Notes: generated by a model from the sequence alone, not told the origin. A DNA stretch of 64,000 nt from the human T2T-CHM13v2.0 reference genome, Homo sapiens (GCF_009914755.1 NC_060936.1), one strand, 5' to 3'. Counted from the first letter of the stretch, positions 33,827 through 47,440 are shown. A program made the numbers and translations.

Positions 33827-36653
33827 ATCTTACATTAACTCTTTAGTCTTCAAAACAGCCCTAAGAAGTAGATAGGGTTGTCATTTATCATTACTATTTC
33901 ACAGACAAGGGAACCAAGGGAACTGAGACATTAAGGATCATTGTCCATACAGTTAACTAGTAACAGAAGCAGGCTTCAACTCAAGCAAATTAGGTGCCAA
34001 AGTTCAGCTCTTTAATCTTTACACTAAATTGCCTTAGCACAGTTGCTTTAGCTTTAGGAAGAAAATCTTCAACAGGCTGAACTGAGGGGTTGGGGGATTT
34101 TCTTTACTACTATTGGTAGTGAACAAGCTTGTCTGTCCTTCTAAATCTACTCAAAAGATGGTACAAACCTAAATTACCTTCTGGATGCTGTCAAGTCACC
34201 TCAGCTTATCCTGTTTTCTTCCTAGAGGACTGGGATTTTACGAAGCAGGCAACTACGCACACATGAAGCAAAGAGCTCTCAACAGCTGCCAGGAGACACC
34301 CCATCCTCTCTCTCCCAAGCCAAAATATTCAGGTCTAGAAATGTCATTGAGCTTAGCATCTTTTACTCGAACAGCATAGTGGTTTTGACAAATGTTTGAG
34401 CATAACTTATTTAACACAGTACATACACAGTCAAGATTGCCCACACATACCAAAAGAAATCAGCTTTCCAGTCAATAGGCTGTGACATATCTCTTTGTTA
34501 GTCCCATTTGGTTTCCATCATAATAAGCAAATGAATATTGCTTATTTTGTGTCCATGTGATCTGAAGTCATGTCTGAAGGCCTAGGCAAAATACTAAAGA
34601 TTAACTTCACTTCACCAAAATCCTAGTGTTGTTTGAAGAAGGCCCTTAATTGCAAGGCAATTGTCCAGCTGTAATTTGAATTGGATTCTCATAGCCTACT
34701 CTTCTGCCACTAGATTCTCCTTTATATGTTATTCAACACTTTTTCCATGAGCATTTAGTACTACTAGTTCATGGGAGATGGGTTGAGGCACACATTATGA
34801 AAATTAAGTTCATTATAGAAGGGACCAAGAACACCAGTCAGAAACATTAATTACATGAGAATTTGACCCTCAGAACTGCGTATGATAATCTAGATATTAT
34901 ATAATTACTGCAGGGAGGAATCAAACCTTTTCCACCCTCATCTTGGACACCATGCTTTCTAATCATGCAGCCCAAGTTTGCAACACTACACCTTTAATTC
35001 ACACCAAATTTTCAGTCATTAAAATCCTGCACCCTGTCTTCCATGAATGGTGGTTAATTCAGTTCTCCTGTGCCTGCACTTTCACCATTGATTTTTTTAA
35101 ACCTATGCTTTAACTTTCTAGTTTTTCCCAAACACATTTTGTTTTAATAGTTTTAAACACTTTTGCTGGCCCGCTCGTCTTTGATGGCTTCACTAAGAAG
35201 AATGGCCACTCATTGATTCAGCCCTCCTTCAGAATATTTTACCTCAGGACGTTTACATCAGGCTAAATTAGGACATTCTGAAATGATGTGATTCCAAATG
35301 CCTTTAAATGTTTTGCAATCAATTCCTAGGAATGAAGTAGGGATGGGGAAAAGAAAAGAGATGGAGGATAGGAGGTAAGAATAAAGCTCCAGAAGATGAG
35401 TGAATTTTTTAAACATTAGAATCAAGAAATTCATTATACGTATGAAAAACACAGCTGTAACTGGGATCGGGAGTGATTCAGCCTTCCATCCTGGCAGCCT
35501 TTTAACTCTGGCAGCATGAATTGGACCTGAAAGACTTCCACTGCTTTGAGTTCTGATTTTCATTTAGTCCTACCAGCAAGAAAAATCACCCTGGAGCAAT
35601 GAGCATGCTGATTTTGTTAATTCCCTCAAACATGTCCCTTGTTTAAATCACTGCTGATTAAACATTCGTGACATCTTTCCTTTCTCAGTGTGTCATGACT
35701 CATCAGGTGATCACAGTGGAATGAAAAAAACAAATTGTTTTTGTTTTTTAATGTTTACTGAAAGTGAGCAATGGAAAAAACAATAGCTGCTAAAATGACG
35801 AATGGCTGGTGGGCTGCACGTCTTTCACCTTTTGGTGGTCTTTAGGAAACAAAATATTATCTGTATGAGAAGATCACCAGAACCCGAGTCAGACCATAGA
35901 CTTGATCTACTGCAAACCTGGGCTTCTGCTGCCAAACAAGCCATTTCCAAGTAGGGTTGATTGTTCTGCTGCTATTCAAGGTCATTTAGACAGAGGTGAT
36001 CATTTTGGCTGTGATCGTGGATTTTCACTTCACCTTATCATAAACAATGTTTAAATTCACTCCAATATTTGATTCTCTATTTACTCAACAATCTGAATTT
36101 TAGGATAGTGAAATCACTTGCCGCAAAGAAACCAGGCCCATGTAAAATGTTGTTAACTGAAAGTTCAATTGTACTAAGCTACTTTTAGCATAGCAGAAGT
36201 TACACTTTCTGTTTCACATATGACAATAACAAGAAGAGGATGTCTACCACAGTAAATTACTTACTCCCACCTATCTAATAATCTATCAAGCTCTGGCAGT
36301 CGTATTAGGGGGAGAAATGATTATATTGAGTGTGATTCAGTTTAAGGATCCCTGCGCTGGGAGTTAGGAGAACAGAGTTTCTATTCTTGGCTGTGCTCAC
36401 AAATTGTGTGACCTTGAATAAGTCATTTACAATCTGTAATCTTCAATTTCTCATCTAGCTAGACATCAGACTAGAATAAATCTTGGATTTTATATTCCAT
36501 GCTAAGGCTTCCCTCATCTGAACAAGAATTGTTTTCGTGGAATATGTTGCTAGGATTTTCAATGTATACCTAATTCAGTGCAGTCTAGGACATTATTTAG
36601 TTATTGCTTAAATAATCTGAACAAAAGATCAGGTGACAAATCATATGTTTTTC

Positions 36654-37065
36654 TTTTTTTTTTTTTTTTACCTTTGGTAACTATTTTTCTTTTTATTATA
36701 CTTTAAGTTTTAGGGTACATGTGCACATTGTGCAGGTTAGTTACATATGTATACATGTGCCATGCTGGTGCGCTGCACCCACTAACTAGTCATCTAGCAT
36801 TAGGTATATCTCCCAGTGCTATCCCTCCCCCCTCCCCCCACCCCACCACAGTCCCCAGAATGTGATATTCCCCTTCCTGTGTCCATGTGATCTCATTGTT
36901 CAATTCCCACCTATGAGTGAGAATATGCGGTGTTTGGTTTTTTGTTCTTGTGATAGTTTACTGAGAATGATGCAGCCATCCCATTACTGGGTATATACCC
37001 AAAGGACTATAAATCATGCTGCTATAAAGACACATGCACATGTATGTTTATTGCGGCATTATTCA
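36654..37065 (-). mobile_element. Short L1PA2-like insertion with 5' inversion and short 3' transduction
   Basis: Antisense L1 3'UTR at 36688-36971, sense ORF2-end piece at 36972-37065. TSD TCATATGTTTTTCTT at 36641-36655 and 37063-37077. Confidence 0.92.
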
Positions 37066-37511
37066 TATGTTTTTCTTCTGCCAAGAAAGACCCTATTTTA
37101 GAAGTTTGATTTTGCTGATTTCAGGGGTCATTTTAAAAAATGCATTTGACTAGAATGTCACATTAGTGTTACGTGCAGAACTGCTGAGGTTGGGAATGGA
37201 GAAGTTCTAAATGCTATGAGCCTCATTCTGAGATCAGCCACTAACTCCCTTCTTGTATTCTGGCCAGTCACCCAACTTTTTTGTATCTAAATATTTTTAT
37301 TTCTATCTTAGAGTTAATTATTTAAGCTTGACTCAGTAAACTGTGACAGATAGAAATAAAAATCATTTGGGATCACGATGTCCGTGGAACAATATCAGAA
37401 AAATGTTACAAATTTAAAAGTAATTAAAAGACTAAAAGTTGCTTCCTTCAAGCTTTGTTATTGACAATATAAGGGCCTCATGATTTGGAGAACTCTAATA
37501 TTAATCTGTCG

Positions 37512-37525
37512 GTTGTCATGGCAAC
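37512..37525. promoter_or_regulatory. RFX X-box GTTGTCATGGCAAC overlapping the candidate start codon
   Basis: Near-perfect match to the RFX palindrome GTTRCCATGGYAAC (one mismatch). Confidence 0.6.
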
Positions 37526-38229
37526 AGCTACTACTATGACCAGCCTACCTGGAAGGATCCAAAAGTAAGGAAATAATTCAAAAGTCTTTCACTCAGCCAT
37601 GGCTTATGAAGTGGTAAATATTTTCTTCCTCTGGTCTGTATACTCTTCCTATTTCCCACTTTCTGCTGCATCAAAGACCATTTTTTTTTACTCTGTATTT
37701 GTCTTGTTCAGAGCCACTTGGTTCCACTGGCCAATGGTATGGGAAAATTTTCTTTTTCTTCTTTGGCAGATCTAAGAAGGGTTACGAACTCAGGGGAAAT
37801 GAAGGTTGAGTCATGGACTGTATTTTGCTTGGGGAGAATTAGAAGGAGGTTCTCTTTTCCTCCAATTAGGGCTAGGAAATGGAAGCCTATGAAATCAACT
37901 TCATGTAACACAAAGGTAACTAATAGAGTAGCTTAACTCAAATTTGGCTTCTCATTTTCAGGCAAAAGAGAAAGAAATGTGGATTGGGGTTAGGTGTTTA
38001 CAAGAGTTTACTATATTGTATTTTCACGTATCTACTTAGGCTGTTTCTTTTTATCTTTCCTGTTTCAGTAAGTTCTGATGACCTCCAGGTCAAGATAGTA
38101 AATTAAGCCAATGTTAAACTGTCATCTTCTGCTCAAATACACACATAAATCACAGGTAAGATATATGTTGTATGTTGAAAAAGCACATGGCCATATTCAA
38201 AAACAAGAAGGGGAATATATGGTCCAAAA

Positions 38230-39720
38230 ACCAAGATATCATCCCAAAAATGGCAAAACAAAGCAAAACCTGACAAAAACATATCTGCAAGCAGCTGAAG
38301 CCATGGGCCTGGCATAATCTAATAGGAGCTCCAAAATGAGAAATAGGGAAAATGGGTGCAAAGCAAAAGCACAATAATTAATACCTGGAATTTCTCAGTA
38401 TTAAGGAAAGGAGTTTTCAGATTGATAAATTCTACTATGTGTCACATGGGATAAATATACTTCAAAAATTCATATCTAGACATATTGTAGTAAAAATGCA
38501 GAATATTAGGATAAAGAGAAAATTCTACAAAACAAAAATAGAAATCAGATTAATTGTAAATTTTTATCAGCAAAAATAATGCCTTAGGAAATGGATTAAT
38601 ATCTTTACATTTCTAAAAAATAAATAACTGTACTATAACTCCCTAGACAAGTTATAATTTATGAAGATGTTTGTAGGCATACACACACATCTAAAATAAA
38701 GAACATAATTAAAAATTGGAAGAATTTTAAAAATCTGTTTTTCAGTCAAATAAATAAATAGATTTACAGAATTAGAAGTAGTCATGTACAAGAATCAAAG
38801 TGAGCAAAGAATCAGGAAACCATATTGGAAAATGCAAATATATGTTGTTTGTAAACAAAAACAAAATAATATTTTTATATTTAGTACATGATGTGTCTAT
38901 AATTATAGGCAAAAATTATATGGGAGTTGGGGGAAAGTTTGAAAGATATTAAACTGTGCAAAGACGATTGTCTTCTTCGGAAAGAGAGAGACTGATTAAC
39001 CCAGAACTTTGTTTTTAAAATGCAAATATATGCATAAATATTAAAATTTTAAAGGTCAAGAGTGAAAAAGTATGCCCGGTGCAGTGGCACAAGCCTGTAA
39101 TCCCAGCACTTTGGGAGGCCAGTGCGGGAGGATTGCTTGAGCACAGGAGTTCAAGACCAGCCTGGGCAACATGGCAAAACCCAGTCTCTACCAAAAATGC
39201 AAAAATCAGCCAAGAGTGGTGGCTCGCTCCTGTGGTCCCAGCTACTCAAGAGGCTGAGGTGGGAGAATAGCTTAAGCAGGCTGCAGAGAGCTGTGATCAT
39301 ACCACTGCACTGCAGCTTAGGCAACAGAGTGAGACCCTGTCTCCCAAAAAAAGAAAAAGTAAAAAAGTAGAAATACAATACACAATTTCTATTGAACAAG
39401 TAGAGCAGAGGAGGGAACAAAATCTTGACCAGTTGAAGAGAAAACAAGAAAAGAAAACTAGAAAAAATTAGCAAAGAACAAGTATGACAGATAAAAAAAC
39501 ACAAAATGATGTGGCAAACACAAGAACAAATATGCCAGTAATCATAAAAATCATCAGTTATTTTCTAAAAGGGTTGCTCAGCGTTGATAAAAATAAATCC
39601 ATCTATGTGCTGTTCCCAAAATTACCCAGAAATGCATAAAATGAATGAAAATGAATAATATATATTTTGATGAATGGAAACATAAAAAGCCTTATATAGC
39701 AATATTCAAATCATAAAAAT
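38230..39720 (+). mobile_element. Ancient L1M fragments
   Basis: A-rich text resembling the L1 ORF1/ORF2 start. Confidence 0.55.
39072..39362 (+). mobile_element. AluJ
   Basis: Diverged Alu dimer with J-type ggaggattgcttgag motif. Confidence 0.9.
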
Positions 39721-39727
39721 AGAATAA

Positions 39728-40555
39728 CTTGTTATTAAAAAGACAAAAAATAACAGATGCTGGTGAGGATGTGGAGAAAAGGAAACTGTTATACACTGTT
39801 GGTAAGAATGTAAATTAGTACATCCATTATGCAAAATAGCATGAAGACATTTCAAAAAACTAAAAATAGAACGACGATACTACCCAGCAATTTCACTATT
39901 GGGTATTTATCCAAAGGATAGGAAACCAATATATCAAAAAGTTACCTGCACCCCCATGCTTATTGCAGATCTATTCACAATAGCAAAGATATGTAATCAA
40001 CCTCAGTGTCTATCAACAGATGAATGCATAAAGAAATATGATATATCTATATACAACGGAATATTATTTAGCCATAAAAAGAATGAAATCCTGTCATTTG
40101 CACAACATAGATGGAACTAGATGTCATTATGTTAAGTGAAGTAAGACAGGCATAGAAGGACAAATATCACATGTTTTTGCTCATATGTGGGAGCTTAAAG
40201 AGTTGATCTCATGCAGGCAGAGAGTAGAATAATAGTTACCTGAGGCTGGGAAGAATGTGTGTGAATGTGATGTGGGATTAGAAGAGATTGGCTAATGGTT
40301 ACAAAACATACAGTTAGAAGGAATAAATTTTAATGTTTGATAGCAGAGTAGGGTCACTATAGCTAACAAAAATGTATGAATTTTCAAAATAGCTAGAAGG
40401 GAGGACTTAAAATGTTCCCAACATGTAGAAATCACAAATATTGACGTGATAGATATTCTAAATACCCTAACTTAATCATTATACATTCTGCGCATGTTAC
40501 AGAATATCATATGTACCCTAAAAATATGTATAAATATTATTTGTCAATAAATTTT
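39728..40555 (+). mobile_element. L1MA-type 3' end
   Basis: aaaaaataacagatgctggtgaggatgtggagaaaagg.. followed by an L1MA 3'UTR. Confidence 0.88.
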
Positions 40556-43500
40556 TAAAAACAGAATAGTTTGATGAACATTTAATGGGTCAAAAAATGT
40601 GATACTAATCAAAATAAAAATTCACAAAAAGATAAACAATATGTTCCAGAATGTATTTTTCCACATATCTACTCTGTGATCTCAAATTTAATTATGCAAT
40701 TTAATTTGTTAGATCATTGGTATTCAACTTTTAAGTAGAATTTTTGGAATGAAAAAACTTTTAAATGATAATAATTAAATATATAAACTTGCTCCTTAAC
40801 ACAATGCCTATATATTTTAATAAAATTAAGCAGAAAATGTATTACCTGAGAAACACTTCAACCTGATCACATTATCTTCAGAATATACATTCCTGATACT
40901 CTATTATCCCACTGAGTTATGTATGTTATAAATACATAATAGGAATGTTTTTCTTACCTGCATAATTCCAAAGTATAGGTAATTGAACAAATTTCAGTGA
41001 ATTTGTCCAAAAGTAGCTTTATTTTAATTTGTAGACACCGCCTGCTATTTATTTTGTTCATTCTTTTCCCCAGTAGGAGGATGTTAGAGTCACCATTAAT
41101 AAGGATTTTGTTAAATATTAAATTTTCTTTATTAACGCTTGTATATAATTAACAATTACTTCTCAATTCTTATGTTTAGAAATATGAATAAAATATTCAC
41201 AATAGTTTACCCAGTATTCCTCTTTTCCCCGTAATTAGAATACAGAAAAAAAAATCAAGGTGATATATAATTAGAAAGTAGAAGAAAATCAGAAGTCAGG
41301 ACAAATTAAAAAGTTTACATCATTGTAATAATTTAAAAGCACATCTGATATAAGAGGAATTATTGACTGAAACGTCTTATTAATAAACTGCGTTAATTGT
41401 CTTCTTTGATTAAGATTACATAGGAATGCTAGCTAGGAATGGAAAGAAATAATGGAAATCTCTGTTGAGGAATATATCTATAGTGGGAAGTTCGTGATTG
41501 TTTGGTGTCAGTATATGGTTTTGGATCAAGTATTGCTTTATGACTATTATGGCTCCAGGTTGGAACTGGGCCTGGAGAACAGTTTTTCTTTTGATCTTAC
41601 ACACTCCTCTATTAATCAAGGCATCTTGTCTCCTGAGATTGATGTTGAAGAGCAAAAATTTACTCTATGGCTTAACACAAAGCAGGAGAATGCTAATTTA
41701 ATGTCATTCCCTTAACACCTCATGAAAAGAAAACATGCCTTTAACATCCAATATGCTTCCCCAATGCCTATTTCTTGTCAACAGACACAGTCTAATCTTT
41801 GAGAGGCAGATGCACACATCTTTTGGCTGAAAGTACAGAGAGCAATTTTATACCAAGCACATCAAGGGGGAAATTGGGAACAGTTGCAACACTCTATCGC
41901 TCAGTTTTGGAAACCCTTTTATAGTAACGGACAAATACTGGCCTCATGCCGGCTCCCCAGATTCCTCCTATGGAGCATAATCTCTTGAGAGATTTTTCGT
42001 TATTGTCTTTACTGCTTAGATCAACACCAGGAAGACTGAGTGAAAATGGCCCTTCAAATCCATTTTTAATCTTTTGAACAGGCAAATTAGTTGTGAATTA
42101 TTTATCAAGAACATCCAGGTGGGTGCTAATACAGTCAAATCAGCTTTCCGCTTTCCTGTTACCTAGAGGTTTTGAGCCTTGAAAATACTGCTGTCATTCC
42201 AGTTCTTTTCTCTTGCCAATTTTCAATTTGCTTTCTAAAAATAATTTGACATGCTATCAGAGAACTGAAAGATGTTTGCTTCTTTATCCCGTAGTGACAC
42301 AGTCAAATCGCTGAGAAAAACTTAACAGTACCTGGACCCACAAATGTTTACATTGTGAAGAAAAACGCAAAAAGGGAGTTGAGGTAGGAAAAGTTGCAGG
42401 AAAAAATAAATGTTTTTAAAGGAAGGTTAAGATGATAATAACACTTTTTGGGATATGAATGCAAAGTGTGCACTATACTAATCCTACTATACTAGTCAAT
42501 TGACTTGTTTTAAGGAAAGAAAGAGTCAGTTAAAGTGTCTTGATTTGCAACTTTGTGAAGTCAACAAGGATTCTGTCTTTCCCTTGCTGAACTAAATGTT
42601 TTGCCAACCCAAATGGTGCCACCTTGTTTTATAGTGCACAGACATGTGTAAACAATAACAAGTTTTATATTTCTTTTGTTTCTAATATATAGGCAAACTT
42701 TCTGACTGTTTCACAGCCTGAAGATTATAAAGTCTTAGACAAAACTGTAGAATTAACTCAAGCAAAACCGAGGCATGCTTGGGATAAAAACAAGGAGGAA
42801 ATGCTCTATTAACAGAGTAATATTATTTGTCTACTTGGAATTATTATGATGCTATTAAGTAATAAGACAACTTTTAAAAGATGGACCTAAATTGCAAGAG
42901 CTAACTCTTACTGAGCACTTACATATGACAATTAATCCTCATAAAAATCCAAAGAGTTAAAAGCCAGTAATGTCTCCAGTTATTGAAAAGGAAACCAAAA
43001 TAGAGCCAGAATGAATAGAACAGCTTGTCCAAATTTCCATAGTTAGCAAATGTGACATAGGAAGGACTTGAACACAGACATTCTGCCTCCACAGCCCACC
43101 ACTTTAATTGCCTGACATTTGGCCTCTCTTCCATTCACTATATCTAATATTACTAAAAATATTCTTGAAAAGCATTGGCATGATCCTTTACCAAAACAAT
43201 AAAAGTGACTTGAAAGTGCCCTGCACAAAATTTGCACAGAACACTTACACTATTTGCAACTCTCATGGACGTAACAAAACTGATGACTGCGCCCTTCTCA
43301 CAGTGTTCCTTTCTGCTGTGTGTGCTTTCTGTTCAAGTTGATATTAAATAATATTATTTGGGGGAGGGGAAGAGGCCAAAAGTAGAAGATGGAATAAGGC
43401 AGTGGTGGTCAGGGAAATTTGCAAAAACATGGATCAGAAACCTTGTACATTTTAAGATTCTACCAGAGAAAAGCAACATTAAGTTTAAAATAGACAAAAT

Positions 43501-44019
43501 AGAGTAAAAAAACCTCTTAGCATCTATGATGTACAGCATACTTTCTTATGTGAAATTCACTTTGTTCTCCTAATATCCCTGTGATAGAAATCGTATTACC
43601 TTTTTAAAAGGAGAGGGTCCTAAACCAAACTAATGCAATTCAAACCCAAGTATTCATCCATGTCCGTTTTATCTTCTGCTCTGTTACCCTGAGACTATGA
43701 AATACAGTGGTAGATATCAGATGTAGGGTCAGTTCAGAATCCTTGATTTCCAAATTATGATACTTCTGCTTACTGGCTGTGTAACCTTGAGCAAATTAGT
43801 TAACCTCTCTGCAGCCTGATTTCTTTATTTGTAAAATGGGAATGATAATGACACATAAAGAGTCGTTGTGAGGATTAGTGAGCTGATACATATAGAGGTG
43901 CATAAAAGAATGTCTACCGGGCACAGTGTAAAGGCTCGATAAAATTTTGAAAATATAATCATTGTTGTTCTTGTTTTTATTATTATGAGCCACTGCTGCA
44001 GTAGTACCCTTGGGAACAA

Positions 44020-47000
44020 AGCAAGAATGTTCACTTTCACCTCTTCTATTCAACATTGTACTGGAGGTCTTAGCCAGTGCCACAAAGCAAAAAAAAAAAA
44101 AAAGAAAAAAAAGAAAAAAACAAGTTATACAGATTGAAAAGGAAAGAACATAATTGTCTTTATTCACAGATGAAATGACTGTGAGTGTTGAAAATTCTAT
44201 GTAATTGACAGAAAAGCTACTAGAAGTAATAAGTGAGTATAGCATAATCATAGATTCAAGGTCAGTATGCAAAATCAATTGTATTTTTACACTAGCAACA
44301 CAAATTAAAATAAAAAATCAGTTATAGTATCCTCAAGAAAGCAAAATTGTTAGGAATAAATGTAACAATATGTGTGAAAAACGTGTACACTAAAAACTAC
44401 AAAACACTGCAAGGAAAACTTAGATAGAAGAAAACAACTGGAGAGATATACTACAGGTTGAGCATACCTAATCCAAAAATTCAAAATCTAAAATGCTCCG
44501 AAATCCAAAACTTTTTGAGCACTGAGATGATGCCACAAGTGGAAAATTCTACACCTGACCTCATGTGATGGGATCATAGTCCAAACGCAGGCACACAATG
44601 CACAGTTTATTTAGCTTGCCTGGACAGCACGCTACCAGCAGTGAAGAGAGGCAGAAGTATGGAAGGTTTGCAAAGGAGTTCGGCATGAGGGATGCTGTAT
44701 ATGCTGTTGCCAACACTTGGGACACAATGACTAAAGACACAGTTTGCGCATGCTAGGCACAACCTGTGGCCTGTGACTGTATTAAGCAATGGTGACGAAA
44801 AAGGTGGTGACTTTGAAGGATTCTGTATGTCAAGTGAGAAAAAGTGATGTCTGATCTTCTTCACTATGCCAAAAAAAGTACCCCTGCAGGGTCAAGCAGT
44901 ATGCCGGGAGAAGCAGAGAGGGAAGAAATCTTTAACGTCCATAATGAGGCTTCAGTTGTTCATCCATTGATTGATGGTGAAACAGCCAAAATGGTTCTGA
45001 GTCAAGGTGATTGTGATGATTGTGACATTAGAGAGAATGAAGATGACATTTTAACACTGCAGAAAAAGTGCCTATAGGTGGCATGGTGAAAATGTGTGAT
45101 GGGTTTACTGAAGGACTAGAGCAGTGTGTATTCATAACAGAACAATAAATCATGTCAGTTTGTAAAATCAAAGGGAGACTTCTAAGTTAAAAACTGTTGT
45201 TAATGAGGCAGAGGAACTCTGGAGGAAACATCTTAAAAAGCCATTTAGCAAAATGCCTCCTGATACCTAGAGGACCCACTTTCTGGTCCCTCAACAGCTT
45301 CTGCTATTTCTCCTCACTCCCCAAAATAAAATAAAGTGTACAGTAACCTTTTAATCAAAACACAGCATTATAGGTGGAAACGAAAAGGCTGCTGTTGTTT
45401 GCTGCTGTTGCTTACCAGCTGACACAGTTATTCTGGGGATGTTCTGTGCTGCTTAGTAACCCTGAACACATTATTTTTTCACTGTATTGATGGTATGGCA
45501 TATTTTTTACTGTTAAGTACCTATGTGTAAATAAGTGTAAGAAATGATTGCTTATCAGTAGCATATGCATTCAGAGTAAGGACTGATGGTGATGTCAAAC
45601 AACCATGGATTTTTTACATGGGTGGCTGCGATAGTGACACTTTTGTCTTCTATCGTCCAATGTAAACAAATGTTGTTTCATGCAAAAAGTTATTTAAAAT
45701 ATTACATAAAATTACCATCAGTCTATGTGTATAAGGTATATATGAAATATAAACAAATTTCTTGTTTAAACTTGGATCTCATCCCCTAAATATCTCATTA
45801 TGTGTATGCAAATATTCCAAAATCTAAAAAATCTGAAATCCGAAACACTACTGGTCACACACATTTTAGGTAGGGTTACTCTTCTATCTACTTGGATCAG
45901 AAGATTCAATGTTGTTGTCAGTTTTTTCCTAATTGATCAATGCGATCTCAATCAAAATCCATGTAGACTTTTACATAGAAATCAACAAGGTCATGTTAAA
46001 ATTTATATGAAAATCCAAAGAAACTGGAAGAGCCAAAACAATTTTGAAAAAAAATTAAGAAGGGCTTACATGTTCTCAAGACTTATTGTAAAGCCATATT
46101 AATCAGGACAGTGTGTTATAAACATAAGAATAAACATATATGTATCTATGGAAATGAGTGGAGAATCCAGAAATTGGCCCACATATGTGGTCAATTGATT
46201 TTCAACTAATATGTCAGATAATTCAATGAGAAAAGGGTAGGGTTTTTTTTCCCCAAGCAATAGCATTAGAATAGTTAGATATCTGTACAGAAAAAATAAA
46301 TTATATGTAGCCCGTACTTCATCCCATCATAGTAAAAAGTAAACTCAAAATGAAACACAGAGAAAATAAGAGAAAACTTGTGTGATATTATGGCAGAAAA
46401 ATATTTCTTAGAAAAAGTAAACTGATAAATTGGACTTCAACAAAATTAAAACCTTCTGGTGTTGAAGAGACATCATTAAGAAAACAAAAAGGTAAACTAT
46501 ACACTGGGAGAAAATATTCACAATACATGAATCTGATAAAGAGCTTGTAAACAGAGCATATAAAGACCTCACATATTATAATAAAGAGAAGACAAAGAAC
46601 TTAGTGAAAGCAAGGTAAACAATTTGGACATTTCACCAAAGGTATTAAACCACATGAAAAGTTATTCAACATCATTAGTCTTCAAAGGACTGCAAATTAA
46701 AATATCCATGAGATACTTCTACAAATTAAAATGGCAATGCAATAAGTATAATTAAAAAGATTGACTATGTCAAGTGTTCGCAAGGATGAAAAAGAACTGG
46801 AACTCTCACATATTCGTGGTAGGAATAGAAAATGGTACAACCATGGGAAAAATACTTTGCAGTTTCTTCCTCCAAAGTAAAATATACAGTTAACCATATG
46901 ACCCAGCAATTCCACTCTTAGATATTTTCCCAAAATAAACATATATGTTCACAAAATGTGATCATGATTGTGCATCAATCATAGTTTCATGCTGGAAAAA

Positions 47001-47440
47001 AAAACCCAAATGTTCTTTGATTGGTGAATGGATAAACATTCACCATGTATTCATACAATGTGTTATGTATCAACACAATATAGAACTTCTCAACAATTAC
47101 AAGGAATTCATTACTGATATTCACAATAACATGGAAGAATCTCTTGGATTGAGGTGCATGCAAACATACACATAATGTATTATTCCATTTACATGAAATT
47201 CTAGAAATAGTAAATCTAATCTATAGTGATAGAAAGCAAGTCAGTAATTGTCTAGGATTAGGAGTGCAGGCTGGGGATTGACTGGAAGGGGCACAAGGGA
47301 ACCTTTTAGGATGACAGAAATGTATATTTTGATTGTGGTATTGGTTTCATGGGTGTATACATTTGTCAACTTTTTAAATCTGTACATTTTAAATGAATGC
47401 ATTTTCTTGTATGTAAATTATACCACAGCAAAGTTATATA
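44020..47440 (+). mobile_element. Old L1M (MC/MD-like) ORF2 3' half, split by Tigger4
   Basis: ctattcaacattgtactggagg..; L1 text resumes at about 45887. Confidence 0.8.
44454..45886 (+). mobile_element. Tigger4 (Zombi) DNA transposon, internally deleted
   Basis: TA|CAGGTTGAGCAT.. left terminus, degenerate right terminus, transposase remnant DAVYAVANTWDTMTKDT..HNLWP. Confidence 0.82.

Larger units (their letters stand above)
37518..42772 (+). pseudogene. Decayed multi-exon gene (candidate unitary pseudogene, tentatively REC114/PH-like). Exons 37518-37564, 41415-41529, 41785-41832, 42020-42118, 42693-42772
   Basis: Phase-compatible junctions (2,0,0,0). Reconstruction: MATATTMTSLPGRIQKLHRNAS*EWKEIMEISVEEYIYSGKFVIVWCQYMVLDQTQSNL*EADAHIFWLKINTRKTE*KWPFKSIFNLLNRQISCELFIKNIQANFLTVSQPEDYKVLDKTVELTQAKP. 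Acceptors are good. Donors at 41529 (gtattg), 41832 (gtacag) and 42772 (gcatgc) are weak. Confidence 0.62.

Noticed and set aside
40846-41045. Two minus-strand exon-like pieces with GT donors
   Set aside because: The implied intron is only 65 bp, the acceptors lack pyrimidine tracts, and the pieces are not needed by either gene model.
41800-42165. Minus-strand frame ...SIGGIWGAGMRPVFVRYY... and a codon-aligned long plus-strand frame
   Set aside because: Multiple stops and poor splice support. Better explained by the short plus-strand exons bounded by the strong acceptor at 42019 and donor at 42118.
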